Assembly (NCBI GenBank): GCA_030528995.1
Contig: JAUMXR010000002.1
Coordinates: forward strand, 1-52,566
Source: Candidatus Saccharimonadota bacterium
GTDB taxonomy: Bacteria; Patescibacteriota; Saccharimonadia; Saccharimonadales; Saccharimonadaceae
DNA: 52,566 bases
Direction: 5' to 3'
Position numbers and translations under genes: made by a program. Position 1 is the stretch's first letter, and the number at the start of each line of letters is the position of its first letter. Below are positions 39,481 to 48,775 of this stretch, piece by piece. Below the pieces are notes generated by a model that saw only the letters and a program-made list of their open reading frames with translations, was not told the DNA's origin and did no database searches.

Positions 39481-39681
39481 GTTGCGATGGATAGCTAGCT
39501 ACGATTGATAATGCGTTATTATTGAAGCGATTATTATATTCTGCATGTATGAATTATTCCGGCTGAATAGGTGAAGGCGCTTTCAAGATAAGCGACTTGT
39601 CATTTGTGCTTTTAAGGTGTTATGCGGACTTGGCGAGGGGAAAATTGCGAAAATCCCCCATTATTCAAGATTTTGCAGTTA

Positions 39682-39766
39682 TGGTGCCCGGGACAGGACT
39701 TGAACCTGCATGCCGATTGGCATATGCTCCTAAGGCATACGTGTCTACCAGTTCCACCACCCGGGC
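39682..39766 (-). tRNA. tRNA-Leu(TAG)
   Basis: GCCCGGG acceptor stem, anticodon arm TATGC-CTTAGGA-GCATA, long variable arm, GGTTCAAGTCC T-arm, encoded CCA. Confidence 0.97.
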
Positions 39767-39793
39767 TTACTCCAATTATATCACAAAATCAAC

Positions 39794-39823
39794 AAAAAGC
39801 GAGACCTTGATTGGTCTCGCTTT
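39794..39823 (-). terminator. rho-independent terminator (possibly bidirectional)
   Basis: AAAGCGAGACC-TTGATT-GGTCTCGCTTT. Confidence 0.65.
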
Positions 39824-39841
39824 CGATTCCGGATTCAACTC

Positions 39842-40291
39842 TTAAGCTTCGCGTTTTGCTAAAACTGATGAACCGAGATAAGTTATCAAAGCACCCGCAA
39901 TCAACGCAAATGGCAACACGTCCTCTGGGCCAGTCGTCGGCATTGCAGACGACGTCGCGGTCGTGTTGGTTTGAGTAGTAGCGGTGGTAGTTTGAGTAGC
40001 AGGTTTGGTAGAAAGGCTACCAGAAGCAGCTACGCTACTGCTATTAGTATTCGTGTTTGTTGTGGAGTTAGACGATTTGTTGTCATCGGCCTTATTCTTA
40101 TCCGAGTTATCGTCTTTGTTTGCTGTTTGTGAGGTTGTGTCGTTGATGGCAGTAGTGGTAGTCTTAGCAGACTTACGCGTTGCCACGACAATAATCGCCA
40201 CAATCAAAATCAAGATGATGACCACAGCAATAGTAGCCACAGCTATGACTTTTCGGCGTTCTTTCTTCTCAACTTCTCCTTGATAATACAT
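39842..40291 (-). CDS. Thr/Ser-rich surface protein with LPxTG-like C-terminus
   Basis: N-terminal TM, T/S/N-rich stalk, MPTTG + TM + AKREA. Confidence 0.75.
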   Translation of the reverse strand: MYYQGEVEKKERRKVIAVATIAVVIILILIVAIIVVATRKSAKTTTTAINDTTSQTANKDDNSDKNKADDNKSSNSTTNTNTNSSSVAASGSLSTKPATQTTTATTQTNTTATSSAMPTTGPEDVLPFALIAGALITYLGSSVLAKREA

Positions 40292-40378
40292 AATAAAACT
40301 CCTTATTCTTTAATTATACCACACATTATCAAAAAACGCAAGTGTTTTTATACCATAAAACAGACGAAAAGCAACCAA

Positions 40379-40903
40379 TCAATTCCCCTTGACATAAACT
40401 GAAATTGTGGCGCCGGCATATTTTCGGCTTTTCTCCAAGTTAAGGCCTTTAATTAAGGGTGCTTCTCCGGGGTGCGATAAGACCAAGGTTCCACCATCCC
40501 TCACATATTTCCCCAGCTCCGCCACCTCCGTTAAATCGAAACTATCATATGGCGGATCGGCTAGCACCAAATCAAACGAAACGTCCGTCTCATAGCTAGG
40601 AATCCTGGCGACCACTACTTCTCCTTCGACACCTAGAACTTTCAGGTTTTCGCTAATCACATGGGCGGCACCCCTGTTATTTTCAATAAAAACCACTTTC
40701 TTAGCACCTCGTGACAGCGCTTCAATCCCTAACGCCCCCGAACCAGCATAAGTATCCAAAACTACCGCTCCTGGCACTAAGTCTATAATCATATTAAATA
40801 TTGCCAAACGTTCTCTCTCGCCCATTGGGTGGGTTTTTCCACCAGGGGTAGCAATCGCTCGCCCTCGAAATTTACCAGATGTGATTCTAACCGTATTTGC
40901 CAT
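40379..40903 (-). CDS. rsmD: 16S rRNA m2G966 methyltransferase RsmD
   Basis: RITSGKFRGR, LDTYAGSGALGIEALSRGA and DPPY motifs. Confidence 0.92.
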   Translation of the reverse strand: MANTVRITSGKFRGRAIATPGGKTHPMGERERLAIFNMIIDLVPGAVVLDTYAGSGALGIEALSRGAKKVVFIENNRGAAHVISENLKVLGVEGEVVVARIPSYETDVSFDLVLADPPYDSFDLTEVAELGKYVRDGGTLVLSHPGEAPLIKGLNLEKSRKYAGATISVYVKGN

Positions 40904-40904
40904 T

Positions 40905-43019
40905 TTAATTTAAAGTCGTAATCTGTTGATACTTCTTTATCCCGTTCATTAATTCCTTATATTTTACCATATTCTCAGGGTCAAGCAAAAACTGCTCGAC
41001 ATCTTTCTGCGCCTTCGCGATCAGCTTCGTATCAGATAGCGACGCGATGCGTAAATCCAAAGCACCATGCTGCAAAGCGCCATAAATTTCCCCTGGACCA
41101 CGTAGTTTTAAATCCACCTCCGCCAGATGGAAGCCATCGTTTGATTTCTCTAGCTCTCTTAAACGCCTCGAAGGTGCCATATCTCCAGAGGTGAGCAAAT
41201 AGCAATACGCCTTGGAAGCGCCCCGCCCAACGCGTCCTCTGAGCTGATGTAGCTGCGCCAAACCGTAAGATTCAGCGTTCTCAATCACCATCAGATTAGC
41301 ATTTGGCACATCCACGCCTACTTCCACCACCGTAGTAGAAACCAAAATATCAATCTCCCCAGAGGCAAACTGGTCCATGATGGCATCCTTCTCTGCTGGC
41401 TTCATTTTGCCGTGAAGAAACTCGACTCTTTTGTCTTGGAACACTTCGCGTAACCTCTTACAGCGTTTTTTGACGGAGGTTATTTCTGAACCGCTGTTAG
41501 GCCCACTCCCGCCTTCAGAGCCTCCAGAAACGACATTAACGGCCTTAGAACTGCCATTAACGTCCTCAATCGCCTTACAAATCCAATAAATTTGTTGCCC
41601 ATGCGCCCTGTCCCCGTGCTTTTTCTGGTCTGGCGGTAGAGCCATTAATCTTCGCATTTCTGGATACAATTTCTCGGCGGTCTCCACCTCTGTTATAATC
41701 TTGGTTTGGATCTCTTGTCGTCCGGCTGGAAGCTCATTCAACACCGATACATCCAAATCACCAAAGATTGTCAGCTGCAAAGAGCGCGGGATGGGGGTGG
41801 CCGTCATCGATAGCAGATGTGGCGCCACGCCAGCGGGGGATTTTAGCATCAATTTCTGTCTCTGTTCCACACCGAAACGGTGTTGTTCGTCGATAATCAC
41901 TAGTCCTAACTTGGAGAACTCCGTATCATCTGTTAGCAAAGCGTGCGTCCCAATCACTAGGTCAATTTCACCATTTCTTATCTGTTTCTTTAGCTCTGCT
42001 TTGTGCTTGGTCGCCCCTGTTAGTAGCGTGGATTTCACCCCAAAACTTTCTAATAGACTATTTAAACCTTCATAATGCTGCGCCGCCAAAATCGCTGTTG
42101 GCGCAAGTAGCGCAACCTGCCCACCATCCATCGCTACTTCGTAGGCCGCGAGTGCTGCCACCATGGTCTTCCCCGAACCTACGTCACCCTGTAATAGCCG
42201 ATTCATTGGCGTGGGGTGCTCCATATTCTGGAAAATCTCCCAAGCCGCCAACCTCTGGGCATTAGTAAGCCGAAACGGCAGTTTTCCTACAAAATCCTTT
42301 ACTTTATCTTTATTAAACGGCACCGGCACCGCTTGTAGCTTTTCGTTTTCTCTGCGATTCAGACGTGCCGCTAGAATTAGCTCAAACAACTCTTCGTAGG
42401 CCAAATAATTCCGTGCCCCAGCCACTGATTTTAAAGAATTCGGAAAATGCGCATAAAATAGCGCTTTGGCCCTCATCCCATGCTCCACCGAAGGTAATAA
42501 ATCCGGCACCGAGACGAAAATATCGCGCGATTTACTCATCAGACGCTTAAAATCATGTGATTTGAGGCTACCGTGGGCCACGTAGATAGGGCTGAGACCT
42601 GATTTTGGGTCAATCTCGGCTACTTCGGCGGCCGACGGCGAGATGAGGCTATAACGCCCGTTTTTGAGCTCATACGAACCTGTGAAATAGTACTCCTTCT
42701 CTGGGGCAAACTGTTTAACGCGGTATCTTTGATTAAACCATACTACTTTTACCGCCCCCGTATTATCTCTGATTACCCCCTCTGTAACCGTCAAATTCCT
42801 TCTGCGCGCCCGCCTGGTCGTCAGTGAATCAATCTTCCCCTTGATAGATACCTTGCCGGGACGTATCTCCGAAATTGATACCGGGGCCTCAAAATTTTCA
42901 TAATCTCGAGGTAAATTGTACAAAAAATCCCGCACCGTCTTGATGCCGAATTTGCGCAAAATCTGTGCGGTTTTAGGCCCAATCCCCTTCAGGCTTTCTA
43001 CCGAATCAGATAGTACCAC
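40905..43019 (-). CDS. recG: ATP-dependent DNA helicase RecG
   Basis: RLLQGDVGSGKT, DEQHRFG, MTATPIPR and QLHQLRGRVGR motifs. GTG 43019 with a GAGGA SD is preferred over 43043. Confidence 0.96.
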   Translation of the reverse strand: MVLSDSVESLKGIGPKTAQILRKFGIKTVRDFLYNLPRDYENFEAPVSISEIRPGKVSIKGKIDSLTTRRARRRNLTVTEGVIRDNTGAVKVVWFNQRYRVKQFAPEKEYYFTGSYELKNGRYSLISPSAAEVAEIDPKSGLSPIYVAHGSLKSHDFKRLMSKSRDIFVSVPDLLPSVEHGMRAKALFYAHFPNSLKSVAGARNYLAYEELFELILAARLNRRENEKLQAVPVPFNKDKVKDFVGKLPFRLTNAQRLAAWEIFQNMEHPTPMNRLLQGDVGSGKTMVAALAAYEVAMDGGQVALLAPTAILAAQHYEGLNSLLESFGVKSTLLTGATKHKAELKKQIRNGEIDLVIGTHALLTDDTEFSKLGLVIIDEQHRFGVEQRQKLMLKSPAGVAPHLLSMTATPIPRSLQLTIFGDLDVSVLNELPAGRQEIQTKIITEVETAEKLYPEMRRLMALPPDQKKHGDRAHGQQIYWICKAIEDVNGSSKAVNVVSGGSEGGSGPNSGSEITSVKKRCKRLREVFQDKRVEFLHGKMKPAEKDAIMDQFASGEIDILVSTTVVEVGVDVPNANLMVIENAESYGLAQLHQLRGRVGRGASKAYCYLLTSGDMAPSRRLRELEKSNDGFHLAEVDLKLRGPGEIYGALQHGALDLRIASLSDTKLIAKAQKDVEQFLLDPENMVKYKELMNGIKKYQQITTLN

Positions 43020-43743
43020 TATGTTCCTCGCGCCATTTGGCAATTTCGCCGTGGTTCCCAGATAGCAAAACGTCCGGCACAGTCATCCCGCGAAAATCGT
43101 ATGGTTTAGTGTATTGGGGGTATTCCAAATTATCGCCATCCGAAAATGATTCAATCTCTGCTGATTGTTCTCCGCCTAGCACCCCTGGAATTAGTCGTAC
43201 AATGGAGTCAATTATCACTAGTGCCGGCAATTCCCCTCCAGTTAACACAAACTTCCCCAGCGAAACCTTGTAATCCACGATCGACAAAATCCTCTCATCA
43301 TACCCCTCGTAATGCGGACACAAGATAATGAAATGGGCATTGGCGGGAGAATTTGAAAAGTTTGATGGAGGGAGTAAGACTTGGGCTAGTGCCCCGGAGC
43401 GCTCCCGACATCGAATCTTTTCAAATTCTCCATTGGCGAACGCTCTTGCTTGTTCTTGTGTCCAGATTTCGCCTACAGGGGTAGGAAGAATCACTTTCGC
43501 ATTGGGGTCTTTAGCTTTGACCGATTCGATCGCCGCAAACACCGGTTCGCAACGCAGTAACATCCCGTCGCCACCTCCGTAGGGTGTGTCGTCAACGGAT
43601 TTGTGCGGGCCAAGACCAAAATCGCGCAGGTTCACAAAATCAAACTCCGCCAATCCCTTGTCTTGAGCTTTCCACATCATAGAGGTCTTGAGATACGGCT
43701 CTACAGCCTCCCGAAACAAAGTAATAATCGTAAACTTAATCAT
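43006..43743 (-). CDS. trmD: tRNA (guanine37-N1) methyltransferase TrmD, carrying a 31-aa in-frame insert
   Basis: VDDTPYGGGDGM, HYEGYDER, SLGKFVLTGGE and EYPQYT motifs. ATG 43743 has TATAAT 7 nt upstream. Confidence 0.96.
   Translation of the reverse strand: MIKFTIITLFREAVEPYLKTSMMWKAQDKGLAEFDFVNLRDFGLGPHKSVDDTPYGGGDGMLLRCEPVFAAIESVKAKDPNAKVILPTPVGEIWTQEQARAFANGEFEKIRCRERSGALAQVLLPPSNFSNSPANAHFIILCPHYEGYDERILSIVDYKVSLGKFVLTGGELPALVIIDSIVRLIPGVLGGEQSAEIESFSDGDNLEYPQYTKPYDFRGMTVPDVLLSGNHGEIAKWREEHSGTI
43346..43431. mobile_element. MITE-like palindromic element inside trmD
   Basis: 15-bp perfect TIR GGAGAATTTGAAAAG/CTTTTCAAATTCTCC, flanked by direct repeat ATTGGCG (43339-45, 43432-38). Net insertion is 93 bp. 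Confidence 0.8.
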
Positions 43744-43776
43744 CAAAAATATTATACCATTTATTTGACAGATATG

Positions 43777-44325
43777 CTAGTTGTTTTTGTCCATTTGGGT
43801 ATTTAGGCGATACACAGCGTCTTTTATTGTAGCACCGTCTCCAAAACTACCATCTGCTCCACCTGTCGCATTAGACGCATGACCTTGTTCCACATAGGAA
43901 TCGTTATTGCTATCCTCAAAATAATAATAAGTTTGTACACCATTGTGAGAATCAACGAAGGCTATACTGCTTCCGTCTTCTTCGTATTGTATGCTTGCGC
44001 CATAGCCAGCGGTCTCTTTTTTCATAGTGTCTTCCCACTCGGTTTGGGATAGAGGGATGCCCATACCCTTCTCTTTCTCGCCGGTCAAAGCTAGTAGAGT
44101 GATGCCACCGGCGGCTATCACGACCGCAAGCACTTTCCGTCCTATCGATTTAATCTTTTCGATTTTTTCTGTGCGTTCTGCTTTGATCTCGTTACGTCTC
44201 TGCTGGCGCTCGGCAGCCGCAGCAGCCATTTCGGCAGTGCGTCGTGGATGCCCCATCTCGAGCCCCTCAATGGGTCCATTAGTATTATTTCGGAATCCGC
44301 CCCCGCCTTCTCCAAATTCTGTCAT
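43777..44325 (-). CDS. single-pass membrane protein
   Basis: ATG 44325 with an AAGGAGGT SD and TGnTATAAT upstream; one TM helix. Confidence 0.75.
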   Translation of the reverse strand: MTEFGEGGGGFRNNTNGPIEGLEMGHPRRTAEMAAAAAERQQRRNEIKAERTEKIEKIKSIGRKVLAVVIAAGGITLLALTGEKEKGMGIPLSQTEWEDTMKKETAGYGASIQYEEDGSSIAFVDSHNGVQTYYYFEDSNNDSYVEQGHASNATGGADGSFGDGATIKDAVYRLNTQMDKNN

Positions 44326-44374
44326 TATCAACCTCCTTTTCAATCATTATAGCATATCTTGGCTTAAAAAACAC

Positions 44375-44521
44375 AAAAAGAAACCGGCCTTTCGACCGGT
44401 TCCGCGCTGATGCGCGCCCACCCTTGGGGCACATTGTTTTGTTTTAATCCGCTATTTGTTTTTAATGTAAGTCTCCACACTCCACTAAAGTTAGTGGAAC
44501 CCCTGTGAAGCGTACCAGCTT
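44375..44521 (-). ncRNA. candidate ~145-nt small RNA
   Basis: TTGACA(44556-44551)-17 nt-TATCAT(44533-44528) promoter, internal hairpins, and terminator GAACCGGTC-GAAA-GGCCGGTTTC-TTTTT. No complete ORF inside. Confidence 0.5.
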
Positions 44522-44563
44522 ATGTTTATGATAAAGCATAAACGCGATATTGTCAAGTATTGA

Positions 44564-46138
<1,575 letters not shown>

Positions 46139-46198
46139 AATTGCCAGCAAAAACACATAAAAACCAACCAAATCACGCCCATTTACTAATCCGTAAAA

Positions 46199-47269
46199 TT
46201 AGTGGATGTAATTAAAGTTGCCAACTTTATCAGCCGGAATAATCGCCCGAATCACACGATAAGGCACGTAGCTATAGTTCATTTCAGTCACAGTAATTGA
46301 GCCATCGCCGTTCACGGCCTCTACGTAGCCTACGTGGCCATACCAACCCGATGAAGTCTGGAAAATCGCACCAGCAGAAGGCGTACGGTCAACATAATAA
46401 CCATGCGCCGCGGCGTTGCGCGCCCATGCGTTTGCGTTACCAAGCATCAAGCCACCCAAATCTGGACGCATATAAGAAGCCCAGTCCACACACTGACCGC
46501 GACCAATGCTGTAATAGCCAACCACCTGAATGTTTTGACGCTCAGAAGTGTCACCAAGGTAGGTGTAAGTATAGGTTGTCCGCCTTACCACTGGCGCCAC
46601 ATATTCTGGGCGCTCTTTCTCGGGCAGGGTGCCATCCTTAATCAAGATCTTCACACCCTCCGACACACCGGAAAGCTCTAAATCGTTCAAAGCGATAATC
46701 TCTTCGCTGTTACCACCGTATTTCTCGACAATCCCTTCGACAGTTTCACCTTCTTTTACTGTGTAAACAATACCAGGCTTGCTTGGGATGTAAAGCACGG
46801 TGCCAGTAGAAATATCAGTGGTTTTAAGACCATTTGACCAGCGAATTTGGTCGGTCGAAACGCCATATTTCGACGCCAATGCATCCATCGAATCACCTTC
46901 TTGTACGGTATACTCAATCACACCGCGCGAACCTGTAATGCCAGGTAAGCTTGGTTTTTCAATCTTACCAGTCGTAGAAATACCAGCATTATACATTGTG
47001 GTGGTCACCACATAGTTGGAGGCCACATCGGTAGCACTAGCAAGGCTAAGCGCATCTGATAAATCTGCCACCACGTACAATTCTGACAACTGATCCACGG
47101 AGACTTTATAGTCGCTTGCCGCAAACGAATCTAGGCTTAGGTTCACTTCACTATTTTGCTTATCAAGCGAACCGACAAAAACCAAGCCCAAAGTCACCAC
47201 GGCGGCTAGGATATAAGGTAAAACCCCCTTAATTTTTTCAAAATCAAATTTCTTTCTTTTCTTTGTCAT
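46199..47269 (-). CDS. LysM x2 + CHAP peptidoglycan hydrolase
   Basis: YTVQEGDS and YTVKEGET LysM repeats; GQCVDW, GNANAW and YGHVGYVE CHAP motifs. Confidence 0.92.
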   Translation of the reverse strand: MTKKRKKFDFEKIKGVLPYILAAVVTLGLVFVGSLDKQNSEVNLSLDSFAASDYKVSVDQLSELYVVADLSDALSLASATDVASNYVVTTTMYNAGISTTGKIEKPSLPGITGSRGVIEYTVQEGDSMDALASKYGVSTDQIRWSNGLKTTDISTGTVLYIPSKPGIVYTVKEGETVEGIVEKYGGNSEEIIALNDLELSGVSEGVKILIKDGTLPEKERPEYVAPVVRRTTYTYTYLGDTSERQNIQVVGYYSIGRGQCVDWASYMRPDLGGLMLGNANAWARNAAAHGYYVDRTPSAGAIFQTSSGWYGHVGYVEAVNGDGSITVTEMNYSYVPYRVIRAIIPADKVGNFNYIH

Positions 47270-48753
47270 AATGCTACATTACAGAGGACCTGGCAATGGT
47301 CGATAACATTCTGGTTATGTCCAGCCTCTGTATTACTATAATACATCACACCATCGTCTCCTGTCAAGAAGTAGAGATAAGCGGTATCAGCTGGTTCAGC
47401 TACCGCCAGAAGTGCGGAAAGCCCTGGATTAGAGATTGGACCGCATGGCAGACCGCCGTAAATCCGCGTGTTATAGCACGAATCAACCTGCAAAGCCGCT
47501 TGATTATCCGAATAAGTTACTCTATCCGGGTCAATCGTATCAAGGGCATATGACACCGTCACATCGCTCCCGAGCGGAATGCCAGCATCAAGACGAGATA
47601 AGAATACCTGTGCCACTGTAGGTTGGTCCGGTGAGGAGGCCTCTTTTTGCACTACCGAGGCCAATGTGACGCCTTCGAAAAGTGTTAATCCCAATTCGTT
47701 ATAACGCCCGGCCAAATTATTTTCGAGAATCACCTCGTCCATTTGCTTCAAGAAAGTATCAAATATCTCTTCTACTGTACTTTCGCCGTAAAAATTGTGC
47801 GTCTCTGGGTATAAAAAACCTTCTAAAGTGGCGCCTTCTGGTCGTCCAGTCAAGAATTCGTAATCGTAATTTGCTCTGAGGGCCGCGTCAATTTCTGCCT
47901 CGGTGTAATTTGGTAAAGGCTCTTCCCTCTCCGCCTCGCCATTTCGGTTGATGGCCATTAGGTTTTTCTTAATATCGTAAATTGTCTCACCCGGTCGGAT
48001 GGTAAAATCGAAGGTTGCCGCCTTCATCGCAGCTTCTTGACGAGCATATTCTTCGGCTCGCTCCCTCGCGCGCTCATCTTTGATGTGCTTGACCACAAAG
48101 GATCCGCCCACTGCTATGATAGCCACCACGGCGAGGACTACCGCACCAAAAACCCATTTCGTCGATGTCTTCACTTTGTGCTTAACCTTAGCGGAGTTCA
48201 ATTTTGCTCTGTCGGCTTCTTTCTTTACGGTATTACCAACCGTTTCACCGGCTTCCGTCATTGCATTACGTACATTATCTACGGCGCCGGCCACACCAGT
48301 GCGCTTCGCCGGAGGCTGTACCGCTCGAATCACATCCGCCAAGTTATCTCTCGCTGTCAAACCTTCAAGAAAATCTTGTAGAATAATCGCAGCCGCCTCA
48401 GCGTCAATGTCGCCCTTAGCATATTTCTTTTTCTTCGACTTTAGCCTCTCTTCCGCTACGACCGATGTCAGAGATTCATCTTGAAATCTCACTCTAGCAC
48501 CTGGCACCTTCTCAACTAAAGTTTTAGCAAAATTTCTTACATATAATGACTGCGCCGTCTCGTTTCCTTCGTTGCTACGGGGTAATCCTAGCACGAAGAA
48601 TCGTGTACTGTTCAGATTGGCAATATGCGCTATCTCTTTCCATTCTAAACCGTTGACTTCGACAAACCCAACCGGCACGGCGATTCGGGTGCCAGAATCC
48701 GCCTTCGCTACGCCGATACGCTTTTCTCCTACGTCAAGACCAATTATTTTCAT
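47266..48753 (-). CDS. ruvX/mltG: fusion of RuvX/YqgF nuclease and endolytic transglycosylase MltG
   Basis: N-terminal IGLDVGEKRIGVA, DESLTS and IDAEAAAIILQDFL; a TM helix; then LEGFLYPET, LASVVQKE, YNTRIYGGLPCGPISNPG and YLYF. Confidence 0.9.
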   Translation of the reverse strand: MKIIGLDVGEKRIGVAKADSGTRIAVPVGFVEVNGLEWKEIAHIANLNSTRFFVLGLPRSNEGNETAQSLYVRNFAKTLVEKVPGARVRFQDESLTSVVAEERLKSKKKKYAKGDIDAEAAAIILQDFLEGLTARDNLADVIRAVQPPAKRTGVAGAVDNVRNAMTEAGETVGNTVKKEADRAKLNSAKVKHKVKTSTKWVFGAVVLAVVAIIAVGGSFVVKHIKDERARERAEEYARQEAAMKAATFDFTIRPGETIYDIKKNLMAINRNGEAEREEPLPNYTEAEIDAALRANYDYEFLTGRPEGATLEGFLYPETHNFYGESTVEEIFDTFLKQMDEVILENNLAGRYNELGLTLFEGVTLASVVQKEASSPDQPTVAQVFLSRLDAGIPLGSDVTVSYALDTIDPDRVTYSDNQAALQVDSCYNTRIYGGLPCGPISNPGLSALLAVAEPADTAYLYFLTGDDGVMYYSNTEAGHNQNVIDHCQVLCNVAL

Positions 48754-48775
48754 TTTCTAACTCCACCTCTACTTT

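Noticed and set aside
39597-39845. ORFs overlapping the tRNA
   Set aside because: They are translations of the tRNA-Leu antisense strand.
41470-41650. Gly/Ser-rich insertions in RecG as a fourth palindromic element
   Set aside because: Extra residues are present, but I found only short CATTAA repeats and no convincing nested inverted repeat or TSD.
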